Assembly: GCA_021735655.1 (NCBI GenBank)
Contig: JAIPGM010000005.1
Span: 1 to 64,000 of the forward strand
Origin: Candidatus Omnitrophota bacterium
GTDB lineage: Bacteria; Omnitrophota; Gorgyraeia; Duberdicusellales; 4484-171
DNA length: 64,000 bases
Reading direction: 5' to 3'
This document shows positions 38,885 to 48,512 of the stretch, piece after piece. Each line of letters starts with the position of its first letter. Position 1 is the stretch's first letter. Below the pieces are notes generated by a model. The model was not told where the DNA came from, searched no databases, and worked only from the letters and a program-made list of their open reading frames with translations. Position numbers and translations under genes: made by a program.

Positions 38885-40216
38885 TTATCTACGTATCCTC
38901 AAATTCTTAGGAAGAGTGACTGTAAAAGTTGTCCCTTTGTTAATTTCAGAATCAACGAAGGTCTCTCCTCCGTGCATCTCAACAATATCCTTAACGATCG
39001 ATAAGCCCAAGCCGCTACCTTTAACTTTATCCTTAGAATACCCTTCGATTCTTTTGAATCGATCAAAAATTTTGTCTAAATCTTGCTTCGGCATACCAAT
39101 GCCAGTATCAGAAACGATAATCTTTACATTTTTTTCAGTATCTTCAAGTTTCAGGTTAATCTTACCCTTTGGTTTGTTATATTTTATAGCATTGTCGATA
39201 AAGTTTGAGATAACTTCATAAAGCTTATCTTCGTCCCCCCAAATTTCTATTTTTCTATTTGGCAAAGAAATCTTGATGTCGACTTCCTTTTTTTGGGCCA
39301 GCGGCCTAAGGGTTGCTACTGCTAATTCAGCTATCCTTCCTATATCAAAAAGGGTTCTTTTCATCTCCCTAGTTTCAGCATCTACTTTTGAAAAATCTAG
39401 CAAATCATCAATTAGGCGACTTAGACGACTAATGCTTTGAACCGCCAAGCTTAAAAGTTTTTTCTGCTGGCTATTAATATTTCCAGCTATTTCCTCTAGA
39501 ATAATCCCTACCGATTCTTTAATTGCCGTCAAGGGCGTGCGTAACTCATGAGATACATTAGCAATAAAATTGGCCCTTAGGTCATCTAAATGCTTTGTGT
39601 CTTCTCTGAGACGAGAATTAGTGACCGCTAAGGCAGCTAAATCGGCTAACTTGCTTAAAATATCAAGGTCTTCTTCATTGAAAACACCTTTAGAAATTTT
39701 ATTGTTAACATTTATCACCCCAATAACCTTATCTTGTATTTTTAAAGGAACGCTTAATAAAGAATTGGTATTATACTTCCCGTTACGTTTAGAAAAGCGC
39801 GGATCTTTGCTGATATCTTTAACTAATAAAGACTGCCCAGTTTGGGCAACCCAACCAGAAACGCCTTCACCTAGCTTAACTTTTACGTTCTTAATAATCT
39901 CTTTATCTAGACCTTTAGCAAACTTGATTAGCATCTCGCCGGTATTTTTTCCAACCAACATAAGTGAAACAATCCCAACTGACATTACATTAGCGATTCT
40001 ATCCACAAGCATATTAAGAGTTTTCTCTAAATTAAAATTACCGGATATTTCTTTACTAATATTATAAGCCATCGTTAATTTAAAAAGTTCTTTCTCTAAA
40101 AAATCTCGGTTTTCTTTACTTAAGCTACTCTTAAAATCTTTTAAATTAACTAAAGATTTAGTAACCTCTGTTATCGACTTCTTGCGCTTAAACAAACGTG
40201 CGACCGTATTAATCAT
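38885..40216 (-). CDS. GAF-domain sensor histidine kinase.
   Basis: GAF domain, HisKA (VSHELRTPL), HATPase_c (GSGLGLSIV). Confidence 0.85.
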   Translation of the reverse strand: MINTVARLFKRKKSITEVTKSLVNLKDFKSSLSKENRDFLEKELFKLTMAYNISKEISGNFNLEKTLNMLVDRIANVMSVGIVSLMLVGKNTGEMLIKFAKGLDKEIIKNVKVKLGEGVSGWVAQTGQSLLVKDISKDPRFSKRNGKYNTNSLLSVPLKIQDKVIGVINVNNKISKGVFNEEDLDILSKLADLAALAVTNSRLREDTKHLDDLRANFIANVSHELRTPLTAIKESVGIILEEIAGNINSQQKKLLSLAVQSISRLSRLIDDLLDFSKVDAETREMKRTLFDIGRIAELAVATLRPLAQKKEVDIKISLPNRKIEIWGDEDKLYEVISNFIDNAIKYNKPKGKINLKLEDTEKNVKIIVSDTGIGMPKQDLDKIFDRFKRIEGYSKDKVKGSGLGLSIVKDIVEMHGGETFVDSEINKGTTFTVTLPKNLRIRR

Positions 40217-40587
40217 GCTTGTTCTCCAGTCAACTCTTTAATCTTATCTAGTAAAACCTTAGGCTCAAAAGGCTTAACTATATAAGCATCAGCCCCAACT
40301 TCTTGCCCCATTTTCTTATCACTATCTTGAGCCCGGGCCGTAAAAAGAATAATCGGTATGCTTTTATACTTTTCATCAAATTTAAGCATTCGGCAGACTT
40401 TATAACCATCAACCTTAGGAAGCATTAAGTCTAAAATAATTAAATCCGGATTACTCTTCTTTGCTTTGTCCAACGCCTCCTGGCCATCATAAGCAAATAG
40501 AACATCATAACCGCTAGCTTCTAGCCTCATCTTTAACATCTCAACCAACGCTGCTTCATCGTCAACTACGAGTATTTTTTTTGCCAT
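40213..40587 (-). CDS. Single-domain response regulator (CheY-like REC).
   Basis: MAKKILVVDDE..., D...D...K receiver motifs. Start chosen at the ATG preceded by AAAGGGGAGAG. The longer ORF to 40638 would overlap the upstream REC gene. Confidence 0.8.
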   Translation of the reverse strand: MAKKILVVDDEAALVEMLKMRLEASGYDVLFAYDGQEALDKAKKSNPDLIILDLMLPKVDGYKVCRMLKFDEKYKSIPIILFTARAQDSDKKMGQEVGADAYIVKPFEPKVLLDKIKELTGEQA

Positions 40588-40628
40588 CTTGCTCTCCCCT
40601 TTTAAATCCTGATAAATTAACTTTTGTT

Positions 40629-41009
40629 TTATTGACAATACTTATCTGCTACGCTTAAAACCTTATTTATATTTTTAACCTCTTGGGACAAATCTCCAGT
40701 TTTAACAATAAACCCCGAAGCACCCATATCTTTTGCTTTATCGAAAAGTTTCTGATCAGAATAAGCAGTTATAATGAATATCGGTAAATGCTTATCATGT
40801 TTTCTGATTTTTTTTAAGGTGTCTAGACCATTAAGCTTAGGCATTAATATATCAAGTAATACCACGTCCAGCCTTTCATTCTTTATCTTCTCTAAACCCT
40901 CCTTGCCATCAGAAGCAGTGATAACTTCATAATTATTCTCTTTTAGCCTCTGGCTAATCAGATCTAAAAAATCTGGTTCATCGTCCACAACCAATATCTT
41001 TTTTTTCAT
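40629..41009 (-). CDS. Single-domain response regulator (REC).
   Basis: MKKKILVVDDEPDF... receiver domain, 126 aa. Confidence 0.85.
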   Translation of the reverse strand: MKKKILVVDDEPDFLDLISQRLKENNYEVITASDGKEGLEKIKNERLDVVLLDILMPKLNGLDTLKKIRKHDKHLPIFIITAYSDQKLFDKAKDMGASGFIVKTGDLSQEVKNINKVLSVADKYCQ

Positions 41010-41030
41010 CGAACACCTCGCTTTTGATTC

Positions 41031-41402
41031 CTAATCATCTTTCTTAATTTTCTTTAAAATACTTTCTATTTCTTCTTTAATATTACCATCTTTAACGATA
41101 AACCCGGTTGCCCCTGCTCTTTTAGCCTCTTCTTTTCGATTCTCGGTGGAAAAAGATGTCAACATAAATACTGGCAACTTCTTATGTTTATTTCTTATTA
41201 TCTCTAAAGCCGACATTCCGTCAAGTACCGGCATCAATATATCTAAAAAGACTATGTCAGGACTATCACTCTCTACCTTCTCTACTCCTTTCTGACCATT
41301 AACAGCGCTACATATCTCACAATTATTAGCCTCTAATCTAACTTTCATTATCTCCACGAAAACCGGATCATCATCAACAAGTAAAACTTTAAGTTTAGGC
41401 AT
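41031..41402 (-). CDS. Single-domain response regulator (REC).
   Basis: MPKLKVLLVDDDPVF... receiver domain, 123 aa. Confidence 0.85.
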   Translation of the reverse strand: MPKLKVLLVDDDPVFVEIMKVRLEANNCEICSAVNGQKGVEKVESDSPDIVFLDILMPVLDGMSALEIIRNKHKKLPVFMLTSFSTENRKEEAKRAGATGFIVKDGNIKEEIESILKKIKKDD

Positions 41403-41411
41403 AACTACCCC

Positions 41412-44400
41412 TTAACTCCTTCTTGCTTTATCGATTAAGTCAGCTTCACCTTTAGCATCATCGGGATAAGTTGATATCCTTACCCCGAAGGAAACCTTTT
41501 TAACTAATCGTTTTTTAATTAAATAACTATCCAAAGCCCTTCTTAGTCTTTCTTCTATCCTTAAGGCATTATACCTATTACAATCGGCAAGAGTAATTAT
41601 ATACTCCCCGACGACATCCCTAGTCACCAGTCTCCCTTGACCCTTAATAGCACTTTCAAGAATACTGCTAATTTCCTTTACGATTATTTTCATCTCCCTT
41701 AAAGATAACTCTTTATTTAACTCAATAAAATTATCAATATTTAGTATCACAAGCGACATTTTAATATTATCTCTAGCCGCATCCCTGATAGCATCCTTAA
41801 TAAACTCCTTAAATAAAGCATCACTATTATAATTAGGAAAAGTAAAAATAAATTTTGTTCCTTTGCCTTTTGAACTTTCAACCCAAATCCTTCCATTATG
41901 CAACGTAACAATCCCCTTAACAATAGATAAACCCAAGCCAGTTCCTTTTTCACCAGCTCCGACATCGCGCTCAAACTGCTGGAATTTATCGAATATCTTA
42001 GATAAATCACTCTTTGCAATACCTTTCCCGGTATCAACCACGCTACAAACAACCTCGTCATTCTTCGCCTCGATTACGATCTCAATGTAGCCTTTTTCGG
42101 TAAACTTAAAAGCATTATTAATCAAATTAACAAATATTTGAACAGCTTTATCCGAATCAAGATAAACCTCAAGTTTTTTTGTCGGAAGTTTAGTTTTAAT
42201 CTCAAGGCCTTTTTCTTTTGCCTTAAGCTCAAAAGATGAAACCACATCTTTTATTAATCTATTAATATTAATCAACTGCCTTTTAAGTATCACCTTTCCA
42301 GATTCAATTTTAGATATATCCAAAAGTTCATTTATAATCCGAGCTAACCGATCAATATTATTCTTAGAAGTAACAAGAATCCTTTCCTGTTTTTCATTAA
42401 TTTCACCCGGTATCTTATCTAAAATTAAACTTATCCCCTCCTTAGTGATAGATAAGGGAGTACGTAATTCATGAGATACGGTTGCGACAAAATTACTCTT
42501 TAAATCATCAAGTCTTTGAAGCTCGATATTTTTCTGCTCCATTTCTTCATAAAGCATCCTAATAGCTTCTTGATTCTTTTTCCGTTGAGTAATATCCTCG
42601 GCAACCTTAAGGTAATAGTTAACTTCACCGCTGTACTCTCTAATCGGTGATATCGAGGCTTGCTCCCAATAAAGCTGACCATTCTTTTTTTTATTATGGA
42701 ATTCACCTCGCCACTCTTTACCTGCAATAATAGTCTTCCATAAATCGCTATAACTATCCGAAGGCATATCTCCTGACTTTAAAACTCGAGGATTTTTTCC
42801 TAAAACTTCTTCCGATGAATAGCCGGTGAGCTGAGTAAACTTTGGATTTACATAAACAAGATTCCCTTTGACATCAGTAATTACCACCACACTCGGACTT
42901 TGCTCAACGGCACGTGATAATTTTTCCAATTCCTGTTGAGCAATTTTATGCTCAGTGATATTGCGGACTGTAGCCTGAAGGAGCTTCTTACCACTAATTT
43001 CCATAGCAGTTAAGAGAACTGTCGCGAAAAATTCTTCTCCTTTCATCGTTTTATGCTTCCACTCAAAAAAATGTGAGCCTTTATCAATTGCCATTTCCAT
43101 CATTTGTTTAGATTTGACAAAAGAAGAAAGTCCATCTGGTTGCTGTTCGGGCGATACCTCTGCCGGCCCCTTACTAATGAACCCTTCCTCGCTCTCGCAA
43201 GCGAATAATTCTAAAGTGGCCTTGTTGCAGCTCAAAAACTTTCCTTCACAATCTAATGTCATTATCGCATCGCGAGACGAATCGAAAAGAATTCGATATT
43301 TCTCTTCACTCATTCGCACTGCTTCTTCTACTTTTTTGCGCTCAGTGATATCTTCAAAAATTTCTAAAATTGCTTTCTTGCCCTTATAAACCATACCAGC
43401 ATACGTTATTTGAACTACTCGTCCACCAAGCACATCTCTACTTTCACAAGTCTCAATTCCCTCCACCCATACATCTTTCTTAAGCGGACAAAGATCACAT
43501 TGCTTTTTATTGTCTTTATAAGCCTCCCAGCACTTTCTCCCTTCAAGATCGTCGCCACAGGCATGCTTCAATATATTATTGGCAAAAATTATAGTTCCAT
43601 CTTCAGCAACAATATCTATCCCAAAAGGTATAGTAGCTAACAAAGCTTGGTTAAGTTCGTTAATTTTTACTAGCTCTCCCTCAGCTTTTTTACGCATGTC
43701 AATTTCTTTATTTAAATCACTTATAAAGGTAGTCGTATTTTTTAATTTATCGATCATCACATTAAAAGAGTCAGAAAATTGTTCAATTTCATCACCAGTA
43801 TTTATCTCCACTTTGAAATTTAAATTTCCCTCAGCAACCTTAGTTGTAGCTTCATGCAATATTGTTATCGGTTTTACAAAGATTCCGCTAAAAATAAATC
43901 CTAAACCGGCCAACACTATCAATAGAATAATAATAATAATAAGTGAATTAAAAATTAACCTATTTAAAGATTCAAACACCTCGGCTGATTCCTGATCTAT
44001 GCAAATTCTCCACGATAGCCCTCGCTCCAAAAGATTAGATTGCATAACTAAGGCATAAGCGACAAACATTCTCTTTCCTTGAATTTTAGATTTATCTATC
44101 ATCATCCATTGATTCTTATTTTCTAATAGTTTACCTAAATCTTTAGTGCTGAAAAATTTAGCAGTTAGCGGTTTAAATTCAGGATGGTATAGAATGTTGG
44201 CTTCTTGATCAATTAAGACAGCATGGCCAGTTTTTCCGATTTTAAAATTTTCTAAAGCTGAAAAAAAACGTTTTATGTCTAATACGGCCTTACAGACACC
44301 TATCACTTCTCCGGAGCCTCTGATCGGGACCGCTAGAGATATCCCTAAAACATTACTTGATTCATCATAGTTAGCGCCCTCAATGTAAACCTTACCTTCA

Positions 44401-44939
44401 CCGTTATTAAACGCCTCTTGCCACCACTGCTCATCTGCCTGGTAAAAGTCAGTAGTCTTACCTGACGCGGCGACTAAACCTCCAAATCTATCAGTTACGA
44501 ATATTTCACTTAAACTGTTATCGACATCTTTTACTCTAGTTAATCGCTTACTTACTGGACTTTCTAAATATCTTTTAACCAATAAGTTATCTTCGGAATC
44601 GCTAATCCATTCCTCATCCCGGCTTTTAAAATAAGCTCGAATAGCATCCTGATCCATACCTTCATAGTTCAAATTATGCCTTTTAATCTCATCTATACGC
44701 AGAGGATGCGACATGTATATATCTATATCTAAAATTTCCTCATCAATAATCCTAGCCATTGCTGCGCTGAGTAGCTGTGCCATATCGCGATAATCTTCAC
44801 CAATATTATTCCGCAACAGATTAGCTGCCCAAAAATATCCTAAGCTAAGGACTACCGACGCAAAAATAACGAGACACAAACAAATCATTAAGGTAATCTT
44901 GCGTCTAATACCGGTTTTATGTTTTATTTCTTGTTGCAT
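41412..44939 (-). CDS. Multidomain sensor histidine kinase: TM-dCache-TM-HAMP-Cys-rich-PAS(x3)-HisKA-HATPase_c-degenerate GGDEF.
   Basis: 1175 aa. Two TM segments flank a periplasmic Cache-like region. Cys cluster C-x6-C...C-x2-C. Repeated PAS-like blocks. HisKA at SHELRTPL. HATPase at GTGLGLSIV. The C-terminal ~150 aa resemble GGDEF, but with VGEYI in place of GGDEF. Confidence 0.8.
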   Translation of the reverse strand: MQQEIKHKTGIRRKITLMICLCLVIFASVVLSLGYFWAANLLRNNIGEDYRDMAQLLSAAMARIIDEEILDIDIYMSHPLRIDEIKRHNLNYEGMDQDAIRAYFKSRDEEWISDSEDNLLVKRYLESPVSKRLTRVKDVDNSLSEIFVTDRFGGLVAASGKTTDFYQADEQWWQEAFNNGEGKVYIEGANYDESSNVLGISLAVPIRGSGEVIGVCKAVLDIKRFFSALENFKIGKTGHAVLIDQEANILYHPEFKPLTAKFFSTKDLGKLLENKNQWMMIDKSKIQGKRMFVAYALVMQSNLLERGLSWRICIDQESAEVFESLNRLIFNSLIIIIILLIVLAGLGFIFSGIFVKPITILHEATTKVAEGNLNFKVEINTGDEIEQFSDSFNVMIDKLKNTTTFISDLNKEIDMRKKAEGELVKINELNQALLATIPFGIDIVAEDGTIIFANNILKHACGDDLEGRKCWEAYKDNKKQCDLCPLKKDVWVEGIETCESRDVLGGRVVQITYAGMVYKGKKAILEIFEDITERKKVEEAVRMSEEKYRILFDSSRDAIMTLDCEGKFLSCNKATLELFACESEEGFISKGPAEVSPEQQPDGLSSFVKSKQMMEMAIDKGSHFFEWKHKTMKGEEFFATVLLTAMEISGKKLLQATVRNITEHKIAQQELEKLSRAVEQSPSVVVITDVKGNLVYVNPKFTQLTGYSSEEVLGKNPRVLKSGDMPSDSYSDLWKTIIAGKEWRGEFHNKKKNGQLYWEQASISPIREYSGEVNYYLKVAEDITQRKKNQEAIRMLYEEMEQKNIELQRLDDLKSNFVATVSHELRTPLSITKEGISLILDKIPGEINEKQERILVTSKNNIDRLARIINELLDISKIESGKVILKRQLININRLIKDVVSSFELKAKEKGLEIKTKLPTKKLEVYLDSDKAVQIFVNLINNAFKFTEKGYIEIVIEAKNDEVVCSVVDTGKGIAKSDLSKIFDKFQQFERDVGAGEKGTGLGLSIVKGIVTLHNGRIWVESSKGKGTKFIFTFPNYNSDALFKEFIKDAIRDAARDNIKMSLVILNIDNFIELNKELSLREMKIIVKEISSILESAIKGQGRLVTRDVVGEYIITLADCNRYNALRIEERLRRALDSYLIKKRLVKKVSFGVRISTYPDDAKGEADLIDKARRS

Positions 44940-45008
44940 TTTCTATTAAGTATTTTAGGTAAGTTTCTTGTATTTATCAGTTTATCATCCTGCCGAAAAA
45001 TTACAAGA

Positions 45009-45024
45009 TGATATTACAATATCA
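45009..45024. promoter_or_regulatory. Perfect 7-bp inverted repeat TGATATT-ac-AATATCA in the leader of the large sensor kinase operon.
   Basis: Read directly from the sequence, about 70 nt upstream of the HK start codon. Confidence 0.3.
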
Positions 45025-45066
45025 TATATCTAGAAAGGATAAATTAAGAAAAAGGAAGGTATATCT

Positions 45067-45759
45067 TTAGAAAGAAACTTTCAGCTTTGTCCCAAAAATA
45101 TGCAAATCATTCCACTTATCGCTCTTTTCGGTAGTTTCCCAAAGATAGTAGACTTCACCTTTTAGGTTTTTGATGATTTTAAGACCAAATCCGCCATAGA
45201 ACCGGTTGCGGTTTAAAGTTTCAACATCAAAATCATAAAAAATCTCATCAGCTATATAAGGCTGAATCTCTAGTTTGGTAAGCTTAAACGGAGCTTTTAT
45301 GCTAAACTTATTACGATAACGCCAATAATTATCAGCATCCTCACGATTTCGATATTCTAAGCGGCCACGATTGCTAAAGGCCAAATCAAATAATTTCCAT
45401 TTTAGATCAGCATTTAGGTGAGGTCGGTTCTCTACCTTCCAATCGCTACTTTTATCTTCATGAATATGCCGATAGTTTACACCGAGATCTAACCAACTAA
45501 CCAAGCCAGAATAAGTTACTCCTAGATCTGAATGATTATAGTAAGGATTATTAGCATTATCGCCCCAGCGGAACTCTTCTTCAAACGATAGTTTCCAATC
45601 ATCATTAATCTTTTTAGATACGTTCGAAGTATTCCAATATTGAAAGTCGCCATCATCAAAAGAAAAGGAACAAAAAGGAAATAATGCAATCGCAATAGTT
45701 AAAACAATTAACTTTCTCATAGAAAAATAATATACATCACGAAACAAAACTGTCAACAA
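45067..45759 (-). CDS. Putative outer-membrane protein (DUF2490-like beta-barrel).
   Basis: Signal peptide, Trp/Tyr/Asn-rich alternating pattern, C-terminal ...KVSF. Confidence 0.5.
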   Translation of the reverse strand: MLTVLFRDVYYFSMRKLIVLTIAIALFPFCSFSFDDGDFQYWNTSNVSKKINDDWKLSFEEEFRWGDNANNPYYNHSDLGVTYSGLVSWLDLGVNYRHIHEDKSSDWKVENRPHLNADLKWKLFDLAFSNRGRLEYRNREDADNYWRYRNKFSIKAPFKLTKLEIQPYIADEIFYDFDVETLNRNRFYGGFGLKIIKNLKGEVYYLWETTEKSDKWNDLHIFGTKLKVSF

Positions 45760-45780
45760 TAAAGTATATAAAGTTGTCTG

Positions 45781-47307
45781 TTAAACGGGTAGAGTAAATA
45801 TAAAACGGGAGCCTTTTCCTTCACCCTTAGAACTAGCCTCTATTTTTCCCTTATGTTCCTGAATGATATCTTTACAAATTGCAAGGCCCAGCCCAGTTCC
45901 TTCAACTTTTCCGCTTCTGGCTGGTTTAATTTGCTCAAAGGAATGAAAAAGTTTTGGAATATCATTTTTCTTTATACCGATTCCGGTATCAAAAACTTCA
46001 ACTTCGATACTATTGTCTATTTTTCTGGTAACTACAATAACTTCGCCTTTTTTGGTAAATTTAATCGCATTACTGACTAAGTTGCTGATAACTTGACTAA
46101 TCCGATCCTTATCAAACCTTGGCTTAGGTAAATCCTGACCAAGCTTTAAGCTAAACTGCAAACCTTTACGCTCAGCCAAAGGTTGCATTATTTCATAAAC
46201 ATCCCTGACAACCTCATTGACATCGTCCTCTTTAAGCCTAAGCTCCATCTTGCCGGCTTCCAGCTTTTGAAATTCTAAAACATCATTAATCAAACGAGCT
46301 AGACGATTAACGTTCTTTTTGGCCATCGAGAGAAGGTTCTTTTGCTCAGTGTTTGTATCTCCGGCCAACCCATCGAAAACTATACTAATGCTGGTTTTAA
46401 TTGCCGCCAAAGGTGTCCGCAGCTCATGAGAAACCATTGAAGTTAGTTTTGACTTATATTCCACAGCCTCGCGTAACTTTTCTTCAACTCTTTTACGTTC
46501 GCTAATCTCTTTTTTAAGTTCAAGAGTACGCTCATCGACTAATTCTTCAAGATGATCCTGATATTTCTTTAACTCATCGGTCATCGTATTAAACAAAGAA
46601 GCCAAATCGCCGATCTCGTCATTGCCCTTGACCTCGGTATGACGTCCAAATTCCTTATGAGAAATAATATATCTAATAGCTCCCAACAGCTTCGAAATCG
46701 GAACAATAACAATCCTAGAAAGGCTCTGATAAAATAAAAATATACAAAAACCTAAGGCTAACAGTAAAACCAAAAGGTTTTGAGCCCGCATTTTTCTTAT
46801 TTTACTATTTATAATTTCTTGTTTTATCCCAACATTGATCGTCCCGATAACCTCTTCGAACCAAGGAATTGGAATAATTGACTCATAATACTTACCAATA
46901 ACCAAAGTCCTCCGTTGGGAAGTTTTTAACGGATAGAGGTCACCGTATTTACCTTTGTCATAAATACTACTAAAAAAAGGAGATTTAGCATGGTATAAAA
47001 TCTTTCCATCCCGATCAGCAATAAAGCAATAATCAATGCCTTCATTTGCAAATAAAACACTCTGCAAATATTCATCCATACCCGAAAATTCATCGAGCGA
47101 AAAATAACGTAAATTATTGTGTACAGTCCGACGCAAAGCCTTACCAACCGCATAAGATTTTTCCTCCAAGGCTTCTTTATAAGCTACTTTAAAAGAAAAA
47201 ATGGTAATCAATGAATTAGCAGCTACCGCTACAACAATAACTAAAAGAATAACCGAAAATAGCTTGGTTTTGACACTTATATATTTCTTCTCTGATTTTT
47301 TATTCAT
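45781..47307 (-). CDS. Sensor histidine kinase (two TM, periplasmic sensor, HAMP, HisKA, HATPase_c).
   Basis: 508 aa with SHELRTPL and GTGLGLAIC motifs. Confidence 0.88.
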   Translation of the reverse strand: MNKKSEKKYISVKTKLFSVILLVIVVAVAANSLITIFSFKVAYKEALEEKSYAVGKALRRTVHNNLRYFSLDEFSGMDEYLQSVLFANEGIDYCFIADRDGKILYHAKSPFFSSIYDKGKYGDLYPLKTSQRRTLVIGKYYESIIPIPWFEEVIGTINVGIKQEIINSKIRKMRAQNLLVLLLALGFCIFLFYQSLSRIVIVPISKLLGAIRYIISHKEFGRHTEVKGNDEIGDLASLFNTMTDELKKYQDHLEELVDERTLELKKEISERKRVEEKLREAVEYKSKLTSMVSHELRTPLAAIKTSISIVFDGLAGDTNTEQKNLLSMAKKNVNRLARLINDVLEFQKLEAGKMELRLKEDDVNEVVRDVYEIMQPLAERKGLQFSLKLGQDLPKPRFDKDRISQVISNLVSNAIKFTKKGEVIVVTRKIDNSIEVEVFDTGIGIKKNDIPKLFHSFEQIKPARSGKVEGTGLGLAICKDIIQEHKGKIEASSKGEGKGSRFIFTLPV

Positions 47308-48503
47308 TTAACTATATTTTCTCCGGACATTTCTATATATTCAACCGGAACTTTAATTCCGAACTCCTCAGCTTTACGCAAATCAAAAGCAAAACCATTA
47401 TTCTTCGGCCATTCTGGATATATCTCTTTGATTGATCTACCTTCGAATAGCTCTTTAATCATTCTGGCAGCTTGGTGGCCCATGCTTCGGTTAGAAGGAT
47501 ATACAACCATAGTCGCTCCCCAGCCTTGCATAACCGACTCCTTTCCTAGACCAATCAAAGGCTTAGTCGCGTTTTCATAAACCATACGACAAAAATACTC
47601 CTGCACCCCCATCTGATCATTAGGGGCCAAGAAAACATCAACTATCGGATCAAGTTCTAAAACAAACCTCTTAGCTGCTTCAGCCATATATTTGCTTCCT
47701 TTTTCGCCAACAACTAAAGGCACTGAACGAAAAATAATCTTAAAATTCTTAAACTCAAGATTAGTTTTAAAAAGCTCCTCGGCCCACTTACGATAACTCC
47801 TTGACTGAGGCATATCAGCATAAATAAGACCAATAATTTTTGCCTTAGGCATTAACTCTTTGATAAATTCAAAACGGGTCGCAACTCTTAGAGGGTAATG
47901 GACTCCGGTAAAATTATACTTAGGCGGCGCATCAAAATCTTCAATTACTCCAATTCCAACTGGATCGGTATTAGCAGCAAAAACAGCTACTTGATCCTTG
48001 CCTAAAAGTACATTTTTAGCAGCAACGGTCATCACTGTACCATTAATAAAAATAATATCATAATTGTTCGGTAACTGTTCCTTGAGAATCGCCTCGCCTT
48101 TTTTTATATCATTTTCAATGACAAAGTAAGCCAGGCTTAAATTGCCCCCTTCTCGATAACCCCAATAACTGAGACGTTCAAGCATAGCTTCCCTTACCTC
48201 TTTATAGGGCTCTCCGGTTTGAGAATCCAAAATAAGCAGTTTAAAATTTCGGGAAGAATTTTTAGCCACCGCTGGCTGATTCTCGGTAAATAGTGCGGTT
48301 TCCTCAACTCGATCAGAATTAGTACAGGAAATAATTAGGCCTAGGCAAACAAAAATAAACGACCTTAATAATAAATTTAAAAAATTAACACCTTTCATCT
48401 TATGGTGATATTTTACCATAAACCATAAGACACAAAAACAAAAAATCCCCACCTTTTTTAAGGTGGGGATAGCTTGCTTAATTGTTCCTTCAGCCCAATT
48501 CAA
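47304..48503 (-). CDS. Periplasmic ABC-type substrate-binding-like protein (PF04392-like), probable ligand-binding partner of the downstream kinase.
   Basis: 399 aa. Signal/TM N-terminus and periplasmic-binding-protein-like alpha/beta pattern. Four-nucleotide overlap with the HK. Confidence 0.55.
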   Translation of the reverse strand: MNWAEGTIKQAIPTLKKVGIFCFCVLWFMVKYHHKMKGVNFLNLLLRSFIFVCLGLIISCTNSDRVEETALFTENQPAVAKNSSRNFKLLILDSQTGEPYKEVREAMLERLSYWGYREGGNLSLAYFVIENDIKKGEAILKEQLPNNYDIIFINGTVMTVAAKNVLLGKDQVAVFAANTDPVGIGVIEDFDAPPKYNFTGVHYPLRVATRFEFIKELMPKAKIIGLIYADMPQSRSYRKWAEELFKTNLEFKNFKIIFRSVPLVVGEKGSKYMAEAAKRFVLELDPIVDVFLAPNDQMGVQEYFCRMVYENATKPLIGLGKESVMQGWGATMVVYPSNRSMGHQAARMIKELFEGRSIKEIYPEWPKNNGFAFDLRKAEEFGIKVPVEYIEMSGENIVK

Positions 48504-48512
48504 GGACTAAGG

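Noticed and set aside
38850-39221. 123-aa plus-strand ORF overlapping the GAF-HK and pilB junction.
   Set aside because: It is antisense to the HATPase_c domain coding region and has no RBS or homology.
43114-43995. Several 75-140-aa plus-strand ORFs inside the 1175-aa kinase gene.
   Set aside because: These are shadow ORFs. The minus-strand frame encodes contiguous PAS/HisKA/HATPase domains.
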